Origin: Candidatus Latescibacterota bacterium
GTDB lineage: Bacteria > Latescibacterota > UBA2968 > UBA8231
DNA length: 64,000 bases
Direction of reading: 5' to 3'
NCBI GenBank assembly: GCA_965203175.1
Contig: OZ241867.1
Location: 5,760,001 to 5,824,000, forward strand
Within the stretch, counting starts at the first letter, position 1, and every line of letters starts with the position of its first letter. The position numbers were made by a program, and so were the translations under genes. Of this stretch, positions 1 through 8,241 are shown one piece after another. A model generated the notes under the pieces. That model was not told the origin of the DNA and searched no databases. It saw only the letters and a program-made list of their open reading frames with translations.

Positions 1-84
1 TACTGGGGAATCAGGCTCTCGTCCGCATCCCCACAGCAGCAGGATGGCGGCCAGTGCCGCAAAGGTAAAAACCTGCCGGTCCAC
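1..84 (-). CDS. Lipoprotein, N-terminal fragment (runs off left edge; not in ORF track)
   Basis: GTG at 84, 1 nt downstream of the peroxidase stop (86-88). Reads MDRQVFTFAALAAILLLWGCGREPDSPV..., a hydrophobic signal with lipobox LWGC. Confidence 0.7.
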   Translation of the reverse strand, partial: MDRQVFTFAALAAILLLWGCGREPDSPV

Positions 85-85
85 T

Positions 86-1696
86 TCAGCGCACGAGGGT
101 CATCCGCGCGATATAGCGCGTGCCACCCATCTGCGCCGAGACGAGATATACTCCACTGGCAGCCGCGTGCCCGCCCTCGTCGCGCCCATCCCATGTCAGC
201 TGATAGACGCCGGCTGGCCGGTATCCCCTAAAGAGCTGCCGCACCACCTGCCCCAAGATATTGTACACCTCGACATCGACTTCGCCCGCCTCCGGGAGTG
301 CCACTGAGATCGAGGTTGAGGCGTTGAAGGGGTTGGGAAAATTGAACACGCGCACGGCCACAGGTCGAGCCGACGGTGCGGGAACCGGGACCACGAGGCC
401 CGCCTCAGCGGCCAATTCGAGGCCGGCTGGCGGCAACCCGCTGGGTACCCGCGCTGGTACGTGAACCGCTATTGTCGAATCAGTCAGGGCATGCATGAAG
501 GCCAACAGGTCTTGTTTCTCCTCGTCGATCAGGCCTAGGGGGACTAATTCGGGATCGATATTCTCGGCGGGGATGGAGGCTTCGTCCCCACCGCCGCGGT
601 CGTAGAACTCGATGACATCCTCCAGTGTCGCCAGAGCGCCGTCGTGCATATAGGGAGCCGTCTGCACAATTTGGCGCAAACCCACCACGCGGAAAGCACC
701 GATGTCACTGCGGTTGCCCGTATTGAGAAAGCGGCCTTCGTCTTTCCCCGTCGGACGCGGGGTGCCCGTGTTGGTCGTAGCTGACGCTCGGCCCGGCCCG
801 ATCTGCTCGACTCCTTGGGCGCGAAAGCTCGAATCCGTAAACAGCGGGCCGCTGTGGCAGTTGACGCAGCGCGCCTTAGTGTGAAAGAGCTCAAGGCCGC
901 GCTTTTGCGCCGACGTCAGGGCCTCGTCGTCGCCGGCCACGTAGCGATCGTACGCGGTGTTGACCGTGTTTTGCTCGCGTTCAAACGCGGCGATGGCCCG
1001 GCCGAAGGTCGAGCGCGTAATGACCGACTGCAAGGGCGTCGGGTCGTGGGCACAACCAAGGCGCGGCAACTGCCGGGCCACAGAGTCGGCTTCGGCCGGA
1101 AAAGCTTGCTCGAAGAGCGCGACATATTCGGGGATCCCCCGCAACCTCGTCAACACACTATCGACGGCCATCTCGCGCTCATAGGCGTCGCCGCGTAACT
1201 CCACGCGCACGATGAGCGGCCGCAGCGCTTGGGCCTCCAAACCGCGGTCCTTGCCGTCCCACAGCATGAAGCCTTTGGTCGAGGGCAGTCCGGACTCGTC
1301 GCCGTTGTACCCGACGTTAAAGAGGGTCATGGTGTGCCGTGGCTCGGTAATCACGGTGTCGCCGGTGACCGCCGAACGCCCCGTCACCCGCTCCGGTCCC
1401 AAGCCCTTGCCCCCAACACCCACCGCGAGTGGTAGCCCATCGGCCATGCCAAAGGTCGGCAGGTGGCAGGTGCCGCAGGCCGTGTCCTTCTCGCCGCTGA
1501 GGATGGGGTCAAAGAACAGCAGGCGTCCCAACTCGACGCGGTCGGGATTGTAGGAGTTGTTCTCGGGATAGGGCACTGGCGGCAGCGGCTGGAGGCCGAA
1601 GCGCTGCCGCAAGTCGTCTTCCTGCCCCGGTGCGCTTGCGGCACTGGCGAACAGAGCCAGCGCAACGACGACTGCTATAGGCCTCTGTTTATTCAT
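86..1696 (-). CDS. Di-heme cytochrome c peroxidase (CCP/MauG family) with C-terminal FlgD-Ig/T9SS type A-like domain
   Basis: Signal peptide; LGRLLFFDPILS; two heme motifs CGTCH and CVNCH; TAPYMHDG; C-terminus NFPNPFN...VYNILGQ..WDGRD...SGVY. Confidence 0.9.
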   Translation of the reverse strand: MNKQRPIAVVVALALFASAASAPGQEDDLRQRFGLQPLPPVPYPENNSYNPDRVELGRLLFFDPILSGEKDTACGTCHLPTFGMADGLPLAVGVGGKGLGPERVTGRSAVTGDTVITEPRHTMTLFNVGYNGDESGLPSTKGFMLWDGKDRGLEAQALRPLIVRVELRGDAYEREMAVDSVLTRLRGIPEYVALFEQAFPAEADSVARQLPRLGCAHDPTPLQSVITRSTFGRAIAAFEREQNTVNTAYDRYVAGDDEALTSAQKRGLELFHTKARCVNCHSGPLFTDSSFRAQGVEQIGPGRASATTNTGTPRPTGKDEGRFLNTGNRSDIGAFRVVGLRQIVQTAPYMHDGALATLEDVIEFYDRGGGDEASIPAENIDPELVPLGLIDEEKQDLLAFMHALTDSTIAVHVPARVPSGLPPAGLELAAEAGLVVPVPAPSARPVAVRVFNFPNPFNASTSISVALPEAGEVDVEVYNILGQVVRQLFRGYRPAGVYQLTWDGRDEGGHAAASGVYLVSAQMGGTRYIARMTLVR

Positions 1697-2600
1697 CGTT
1701 CCCCCCTTTAAGCCAGAGTAGCGAGGAGTTTTTTATCTCGCCCCACGTCTTGCGGCGCTGCACCGTACCCGTGCCCATCTTGGCGCTGGCGGCACAGCGA
1801 AATCCCACGTCCGGGCCTTTGAAGTCCGGGGCATCCCGCGCTCGGTACGAGGGCCGCACATGGCTGGCGTCAACCGCATACGAGCCACCGCGCACGGCCT
1901 TGACCCCAGTGCTGTCCGGCCCCGCGGGATTGACATCTGGGCCAAAGACGTAGTAGCTCGGATGGTACCAGTCGTTGGTCCACTCGAAGACATTGCCCAC
2001 CATGTCGTAGGCCCCAAAGGGACTGGAGCCATCTCGCGTTTGGTAGCCGTCCCTATTGGAACCGTCGAAAAAGCCGACCGGGTTGGTGCTGAGGATGGCC
2101 CCGAAGCCGCGTTCGAACGGATCGTCGCTTTGGAAGTAATTGGCGCGAAAGGCATCGAGGCCGTCGCCCCAAGGATACTTGCGGCCGTCGTCGCAGCGCG
2201 CGGCGCGCTCCCACTCGGCTTCCGTGGGCAGTCGCTTGCCAGCCCACTGGCAGAAGGCCGCAGCGTCGTACCACGTCACCAGCGTAATGGGGTGATTTTG
2301 CCGCGCGGCCGTATTCTGCAGGGTCCACTCCGGTATCATCGCACCCGTGTCGCGCTGGTACTCTCCCCATTGCGCCACCGTGACCTCGTACTTGTCGATC
2401 AGGTACGCGTCGAGGTAAATCTCGCGCACGGGCTGCTCGTCAAAAGCTTCGCCTTCCATGCCCCGGGGGAAAAACCCGGCCGGCACTAGGACCATGACGG
2501 TGGGCCAACCCGTGGGCAGGTTGACGCTCCGCTCGACTTTCTCGTGCTGGGCGCAGACCGGCAGGGCGATCAGCGCGCTGAGGGCAATTCGACCAATCAT
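1689..2600 (-). CDS. Formylglycine-generating enzyme (FGE/SUMF1)-domain secreted protein with C-terminal TWGEIK motif
   Basis: IDKYEVT, RLPTEAEWERAAR, YPWG, DMVGNVFEW, RGGS, GFRC motifs; signal peptide; lacks the catalytic Cys pair; overlaps next gene by 8 nt. Confidence 0.88.
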   Translation of the reverse strand: MIGRIALSALIALPVCAQHEKVERSVNLPTGWPTVMVLVPAGFFPRGMEGEAFDEQPVREIYLDAYLIDKYEVTVAQWGEYQRDTGAMIPEWTLQNTAARQNHPITLVTWYDAAAFCQWAGKRLPTEAEWERAARCDDGRKYPWGDGLDAFRANYFQSDDPFERGFGAILSTNPVGFFDGSNRDGYQTRDGSSPFGAYDMVGNVFEWTNDWYHPSYYVFGPDVNPAGPDSTGVKAVRGGSYAVDASHVRPSYRARDAPDFKGPDVGFRCAASAKMGTGTVQRRKTWGEIKNSSLLWLKGGNDE

Positions 2601-2700
2601 ATTGGCATATTCTCCAGAAAGGACTTAGTTCGGGCTATTTAGAAAGTAAGATACAAATAGAGCAGAAATTCCGCTCCAGCCTGCGGGCAGCCTATTTGCC

Positions 2701-2729
2701 TTGCTCTGCGCCACAGGTATTTTTAACAT
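2701..2729 (+). promoter_or_regulatory. Candidate sigma70 promoter for cluster 1 (divergent AT-rich spacer)
   Basis: TTGCTC-17 nt-TAACAT in the 2601-2792 divergent intergenic region. Confidence 0.35.
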
Positions 2730-2792
2730 AGAAATTTAAGTAAGTGATTGGGACATTCCCTCTCTGCGATACGTGCCCGAAGGAAGGTATTT

Positions 2793-5141
2793 ATGAATTT
2801 TCGCATGGCCCTCGTCGCCGTCTTGGTCTTGGGCAGTAGCTATCCGCTAGCAGCCGATCAGATACGCTATGACTCGGCGCGCGACTGGCGGCAATGGGAG
2901 GATCTGCCTTTGGGCGCGGTGGAATTGACGCCGTCGGGCTCGATCCAGCCAACCCGGATTGAAAAGGCGACCGACGCCGTGCGCGATTTGGACAAATTCG
3001 GCGGCGGCATCCGCAACGCGGGATCCAATCTCAACACCACTCGTTTGGCCATTGACGGCAATCCAGCGACCGGCTGGGCACCCGATCCAGAAGCCGGTCC
3101 GGACGAGTGGTTTATCGAGATTGACTTGGGCCGCGCAGTCTCGGCCAAAAGCGTCACTTTGGTATTCGACGCGGAGGCTCCGCCCTTTGAACTTTTCGAC
3201 CTCCTGCTCTCGACCGGCGAGCCGGAAACCGACTTTATCGCCGCACCTATTGAAGGTTCCTTGGTCTATCGCGTCAAAGGGCGTATCAAGGAAAACACCC
3301 ACCATCGGGTGACGTACCAAATAGAACAAATCGACGAAGAGCCAATCCAATTCATCCGCTTTGAGCCACTGCTCCTAGTGCCCGATGCCCGTCTCACCGA
3401 GATCGAAGTCGAGACCATCGGCGACAACATCGCCCTCGGGCTATTGGAACGCGGCGGGTCGGTCGATATCAACATTAATCTCGCTAGCAACGAATCGCAG
3501 CCTCTCGGCAAAGCGAGAGCGCTCTTTGACGGCGACTTGTACGAGCGCTGGCGTGCTGGCACGGCCTCTAGGGGCCTCACCGATATCCTCGCCCACATGG
3601 TTCTCGACTTAGGCGCAGTCTATTGGGTCGATCAAACGCGGATCATCGGCGGCGTGGTCGTGCGCTCCGGCTTTGGTGGTGGCATTACCACTCGCCACTA
3701 CGTTCACCGCCGGCGCTGGGACTTCCGCTTCTACGAGTTTATGACCTCGGACGGCTCGCTTTCGCCCGACGGCACCCGCCTATGGACCAAGCACTTTTCC
3801 GGTGCCTCGCCTGGCAGTCAGACCTCCAAGGGCCTAGTCGATCACAACTTCGACCTGCTGCCGACGCGATTTGTCCGCATCTTCTGGAAGTACTGGGACA
3901 CCAGTTGCTATTCCTTGCAGCGGCTCGGCGAGGTGGGCGGTGCCAGCACGATCCCAGGCTGCGGAGCTGGTGGGACCACCGACGAGATTCAGATTTTCGG
4001 CGAGGGGTTCCCGTCGGAGGTCGATTTCCGCTCCCCTCTGATCGACTTAGGTGCCGGCAAGAACCTCAACTCCGTGGAGTGGAGCGGAGACGAGCCGCCC
4101 GGTACGCGCATTGAGATTCGCACCCGTACCGGCAACGAAATTTTGGAAACCTATAGCTTCTATGACAAAAACGGCAAGGAAGTCTCCGAGAGGAGATACA
4201 ACAAGCTCATTCCCAGCTTCAAAGGCCCGATCGATACCACTCTCGCCGCGGGCGGCGATTGGAGTGCGTGGAGTCGCATTTACAGCTTCTCAGGCGAGGC
4301 TTTTCTCTCGCCCTCGCCGCGCCGCTACCTCGAAATCGACGTGCGCATGACCTCGGATTCTCCGACTGTGGGGGCTTCTCTCGACCACTTGGCCGTCAAT
4401 TTCACCCAACCGCTCGCCGGCCGCGTACTCGGCGAAATTTCTCCTCAGCAGGCCCTACCGGGAGTACTGACGGAGTTTACCTACTACTTGCGGCCCGAAA
4501 ACGCCAGCGGATTCGACCGCCTCGCCGTCGAGTCGGACACACCGGTGCAATTTACGAGCGTCGCGCACAATGGCACCGCGCTCGACGACGCGCAGGTGGA
4601 CACCACCGCGAGCGGCTTCTTAGTCCATCTGCCCAACCACATCCGCACCGACCAACTCATCGAGCTAAAATTTGAATCCTCCGTATTTAGACAATCTACG
4701 CGCTTCGACGTCTTTTTGCAGGACAGCCGCCAAGACGAGAGCGTGCGGCAGCGCGTGGACCCGGGCGACGCCACCGACCAGATTGAAAGTAACACCAACA
4801 TCGTCAGCTTGCCGGTCTCCCAGGAGTTACTCGCCAATATGTCCCTTTTGTCCAAGGCAATTACCCCCAACGGCGATGGGATCAACGACGAACTGACGCT
4901 GGAGATCGCACTGGTCAATGTGCTGACACCGCGCCCTCTGCGATTGCGCCTGTACGACCTCGCCGGCCGGCCGGTGTACGACCGCAGCGAAGACAGCCGC
5001 GCTGGCCAGCGCGAACTCGTCTGGAATGGCCGCGACAGCCGTGGAGATCGCGTGGCCCCAGGCCTGTACGTGCTCGAAGTCCTCGTCGAGGGCGATGCTG
5101 GCGACGAGAAAGCGCAAGCGCTCATTTCCGTAGCCTACTAG
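2793..5141 (+). CDS. Secreted discoidin-like/WSxWS protein with PNGDG-type FlgD-Ig C-terminal domain (long subtype I)
   Basis: Start moved to ATG 2793 (AGGAAGG upstream, signal peptide MNFRMALVAVLVLG). IDGNPATGW, IDLG, DWSAWS..SPSPRRY, TPNGDGIND, YDLAGR, WNGRD, ends ISVAY. Confidence 0.8.
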   Translation: MNFRMALVAVLVLGSSYPLAADQIRYDSARDWRQWEDLPLGAVELTPSGSIQPTRIEKATDAVRDLDKFGGGIRNAGSNLNTTRLAIDGNPATGWAPDPEAGPDEWFIEIDLGRAVSAKSVTLVFDAEAPPFELFDLLLSTGEPETDFIAAPIEGSLVYRVKGRIKENTHHRVTYQIEQIDEEPIQFIRFEPLLLVPDARLTEIEVETIGDNIALGLLERGGSVDININLASNESQPLGKARALFDGDLYERWRAGTASRGLTDILAHMVLDLGAVYWVDQTRIIGGVVVRSGFGGGITTRHYVHRRRWDFRFYEFMTSDGSLSPDGTRLWTKHFSGASPGSQTSKGLVDHNFDLLPTRFVRIFWKYWDTSCYSLQRLGEVGGASTIPGCGAGGTTDEIQIFGEGFPSEVDFRSPLIDLGAGKNLNSVEWSGDEPPGTRIEIRTRTGNEILETYSFYDKNGKEVSERRYNKLIPSFKGPIDTTLAAGGDWSAWSRIYSFSGEAFLSPSPRRYLEIDVRMTSDSPTVGASLDHLAVNFTQPLAGRVLGEISPQQALPGVLTEFTYYLRPENASGFDRLAVESDTPVQFTSVAHNGTALDDAQVDTTASGFLVHLPNHIRTDQLIELKFESSVFRQSTRFDVFLQDSRQDESVRQRVDPGDATDQIESNTNIVSLPVSQELLANMSLLSKAITPNGDGINDELTLEIALVNVLTPRPLRLRLYDLAGRPVYDRSEDSRAGQRELVWNGRDSRGDRVAPGLYVLEVLVEGDAGDEKAQALISVAY

Positions 5142-5288
5142 GAGGATCTGTGGGCAAAAAAATCTTGACAGCCAAGTACATATTTATTTGTTTACCCAAC
5201 TATATATTATAAAATGCCCCGAAAAATCGCCGATGAAAGGAGGTTTGTAGTACCAACCACTGCACTTTTGAGCAACTCCGTAAATTCC

Positions 5289-5322
5289 GCCCGTTGAAGC
5301 TCTATGGCGGGCCTTTTCTTTT
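5289..5322 (+). terminator. Terminator-like hairpin in leader upstream of CBM9-like gene
   Basis: GCCCGTTG/TGGCGGGC stem (5 GC + 3 GU pairs) followed by CTTTTCTTTT. Confidence 0.4.
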
Positions 5323-5362
5323 CACTTTTTATGTCCAGCAACTATATGAGGAGGATTTAACA

Positions 5363-6274
5363 ATGCGCAAAGTCCTAGCTTTGACTCTAGGCGCGTTGCT
5401 CGTCGCTGGCACTGCCTTCGCGCAGGAGCCGGCTGAAGTACCGCTCTTTTTCGCCGTGGGTATCCCTAGCAACGCCTTGCCCACCATCGATGGCGACAAT
5501 TCCGACTGGGCTTGGGTTGATCGCAGCTTTGAGGTCACCATTGAAGACATGAATCCGCTGACCGGCGGTGCCGACGACGCCGATGACCTGTTCATCGACC
5601 TGATCATTGGCTGGAGCGATGCCAACAACCGCATTCACGCCATGGTTCACGTCCACGACGACTTCCTGATCGTCGATAAGAACCCCACCTGCACCTTCCG
5701 CGATGACAACTGCGAAGTGCATTTCGACCCCGACAACCAAGGCGGCGGTCCGTACTCGGCGCCCAACGACCAAGACTTGCAGCCGGCCTACCAGATGTGC
5801 CTGAGCTTCTCCGAGCAGTTCTCGCGCGTCCAGATGTACAACGGCGCGCTGGGTAACTTCGAGCAGGACGCCCTGAACTTCTGGTGGACCCATACCGACT
5901 TTGTCGATGCCGGTCACGTCAACGAAGGCCAAGAGTACTACTACGAGTTCAGCGCCGAGTTGATGGACCCGCTCTCGATCAGTGGTGGCCCGGACGCCAG
6001 CACGGTGTGGACGCTTGCGGCCGAGCAGACCATCGGCATGTCGATCTCGATTGACGACGCCGACGAAGGTCTCAACGCCAACGGCAACGATCCAATGTCT
6101 GAGAACTGCTGTGAGAACGGTTTCTGGTGGCAGGCCCAGTACAGCATGGCCGAGCAGTTTATGAACAGCGGCGGCATGCCCGACATCTTCCTGACGCCAA
6201 TTGAAGCTGTAGACACGGCAGTCGAGGAAACCTCTTGGGGCCAAGTCAAGTCGCTGGTAGGCGAAGAGCTCTAA
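5363..6274 (+). CDS. Secreted CBM9/DOMON-like sugar-binding protein with C-terminal TAVEETSWGQVK motif
   Basis: GAGGAGG then ATG 5363; signal MRKVLALTLGALLVAGTAFA; PTIDGDNSDW, HVHDD, DDNCEVHFDPD, IGMSISIDDAD are typical of the CBM9-like fold. Confidence 0.72.
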   Translation: MRKVLALTLGALLVAGTAFAQEPAEVPLFFAVGIPSNALPTIDGDNSDWAWVDRSFEVTIEDMNPLTGGADDADDLFIDLIIGWSDANNRIHAMVHVHDDFLIVDKNPTCTFRDDNCEVHFDPDNQGGGPYSAPNDQDLQPAYQMCLSFSEQFSRVQMYNGALGNFEQDALNFWWTHTDFVDAGHVNEGQEYYYEFSAELMDPLSISGGPDASTVWTLAAEQTIGMSISIDDADEGLNANGNDPMSENCCENGFWWQAQYSMAEQFMNSGGMPDIFLTPIEAVDTAVEETSWGQVKSLVGEEL

Positions 6275-6311
6275 ACCAAACTTTAGCAGTCTTCGTCTTA
6301 CAGTTAAGTTC

Positions 6312-6352
6312 ACAAGGGGAGGGGAATCGGTTCCCCTCCCCTTGTTTTGTTT
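6312..6352 (+). terminator. Rho-independent terminator / stabilising hairpin
   Basis: Perfect 15-bp stem ACAAGGGGAGGGGAA-TCGG-TTCCCCTCCCCTTGT followed by TTTGTTT. Confidence 0.85.
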
Positions 6353-6377
6353 ATGGGGACGAGAGGCAACACGCGCT

Positions 6378-8177
6378 ATGTTCAAATGGCGATTTAGGCT
6401 GTTGATCTGCATTCTGTTGGGCGCTAGGGCGGCCAGCGCCGTGGACGTGTGGACCGCGGGAGGCTCTGGCTTTGCATGGGACGATGTCGGCGAACTGACC
6501 GGACTCACCACCGATGCATCTGTCCTGCTCCCTGCCGTGGTGGACTCGACCACCAATGCCGTCGCAAACCTCACCCTGACGCGGCGGGGTGGCAACATCT
6601 CCTCACCGCAGTCGCGCGAGAACCTGACCGGCCTGCTCACTGACGGCAATGCCGAGACCTTCTGGCGCGTCACGCGCGAGCGACGCCCCGATGGCACCTC
6701 CATGGTCATCGACTTAGGCGCGATCCTGCCGATCAACCGCATTCGCTTTCAGGGCAACCCCGACATCTTCCTCCGCGCCTATGAGCTTTTTGTTCACGAC
6801 GGCAACCCCGCGCAACTGCGCGAGGATCGTCCGATCGCCTTCATCAACCAAGTCAGCGCCAATCTCGAACAGAGCGAATCGGATATTGACGCTCATATCC
6901 CCCTCCAGTTTGTGCGCTTCATCCGCCTGATTAGCCGCTCGGGCCAAGAGTTCATCATCGAGGAAGTCGAGGTCTTTGGCGATGGCTTCGCGCCCACTGG
7001 CAGCTATCTCTCCGAAGTCATCGACCTCGGCGAGGCGGCCAACTTTGGCCAAATTCGCCTGCCGACCCGCTTTGACCCCTTAACTAACGTGGTATTGCAG
7101 ACGCGCACAGGCTCGGTGCCCGACCCCAAAATTTTCTATCGCAAAACCGATATCTTTGAGGGCGAAGATCGGCAGGAAGAACCCATCTTGCCGATAGGCT
7201 CACCCGAGGCGGCCGACGAGTATGACGATCTGACCTCGTCCGACAAGGGCGCGATCATCGACAACATCGACGAGTGGAGCCCTTGGTCGGCACCATACGA
7301 GGACTTCTTTGGCGATCTACTCTCGCCGGGCAACCGCCGCTACGTCCAGTTCCGTCTGTTGTTTTCGTCCGAGGACGCGCGCCAGTCGGCCTTTGTCGAT
7401 TCGTTCTCCTTTGACTATTCGATTCCGACACTGGCTGAAGAACTGACAGCCGAAGTCACTCCGGCGACGGTCACCCTCGGCGAGAGCAACACCTTCGACT
7501 ACTACATTCGCTCGACTTTCGGTGATGCCAACGATGGGTTCGACCGCGTGGAAATCCGCACGCCTTTCAAGGCCACGGTCAATAGCGTCGAACTAGACGG
7601 GGGACCCGTCGCTTTTACAGAAGAGGACGCGCAGGACGAGAGCAGGCTAGCCATCCAACTGACCGACGACCGAGTGACTGAATCGGGCCAGCTTTTGCGC
7701 ATCCGCTTCGAGGCCATGGTAACGGTCTATGGCACCACTTTCTTTGCCAAGGTTTTCGACAGTCAGACCGGCGAACTCGGTCAAGACGTGGTGGCCGGAG
7801 ACGCTACCCCCGAAGCCCAAGCCGACCGCTTGTCCATCCAAGGTGCGTTGCGCCAAGAACTCGTCCTCGAATTGAAGGCCGATCCGCCGGTATTTAGTCC
7901 CAACGGCGATGGAGTCAACGACCAGCTCCAGGTGTCCTACATCTTGCTGCGCGCGCTCTCGCAGGTGCCCGCCGATCTAATCGTGTACGACCTCGCGGGC
8001 CGCCCAGTGCGGCATTTGCAAAAAAGCGGCGCGCTCAATGGCCCACAACAAGTGGCTTGGGATGGCTTGGACGAGAGCGGTACCACGGTACCGCCCGGAC
8101 TCTACCTCTTGCAGCTTTCCATTGATACAGATACCGGCTCTGAGGACCGGTCATTGTTAGTGGGACTAGCGTACTGA
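6378..8177 (+). CDS. Secreted discoidin-like/WSxWS protein with PNGDG-type C-terminal domain (short subtype II)
   Basis: Start at ATG 6378 (signal MFKWRFRLLICILLGARAASA). LTDGNAETFW, IDLG, EWSPWS..RRY, FSPNGDGVND, ends VGLAY. Confidence 0.8.
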   Translation: MFKWRFRLLICILLGARAASAVDVWTAGGSGFAWDDVGELTGLTTDASVLLPAVVDSTTNAVANLTLTRRGGNISSPQSRENLTGLLTDGNAETFWRVTRERRPDGTSMVIDLGAILPINRIRFQGNPDIFLRAYELFVHDGNPAQLREDRPIAFINQVSANLEQSESDIDAHIPLQFVRFIRLISRSGQEFIIEEVEVFGDGFAPTGSYLSEVIDLGEAANFGQIRLPTRFDPLTNVVLQTRTGSVPDPKIFYRKTDIFEGEDRQEEPILPIGSPEAADEYDDLTSSDKGAIIDNIDEWSPWSAPYEDFFGDLLSPGNRRYVQFRLLFSSEDARQSAFVDSFSFDYSIPTLAEELTAEVTPATVTLGESNTFDYYIRSTFGDANDGFDRVEIRTPFKATVNSVELDGGPVAFTEEDAQDESRLAIQLTDDRVTESGQLLRIRFEAMVTVYGTTFFAKVFDSQTGELGQDVVAGDATPEAQADRLSIQGALRQELVLELKADPPVFSPNGDGVNDQLQVSYILLRALSQVPADLIVYDLAGRPVRHLQKSGALNGPQQVAWDGLDESGTTVPPGLYLLQLSIDTDTGSEDRSLLVGLAY

Positions 8178-8241
8178 GCGCGGCCCGCAGCCAGCCCGCT
8201 ATGGCATATCAATATGCAGGACGGGCTAAGGGAACACGGCT

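Noticed and set aside
1689-2600. Diversity-generating retroelement target or active formylglycine-generating enzyme
   Set aside because: The FGE/CLec fold is present, but I saw no reverse transcriptase or template repeat in the window, and the catalytic Cys pair after RGGS is absent.
5150-5212. 20-aa micro-ORF (MGKKILTAKYIFICLPNYIL) after AGGAGG
   Set aside because: RBS spacing is only 4 nt and the ORF runs through promoter-like AT-rich sequence; no independent support.
5387-6742. Long antisense and alternate-frame ORFs (also 17800-18867, 22577-23788, 26245-27435, 54645-55916)
   Set aside because: Shadow ORFs expected in high-GC coding DNA; they overlap well-supported genes and lack motifs.
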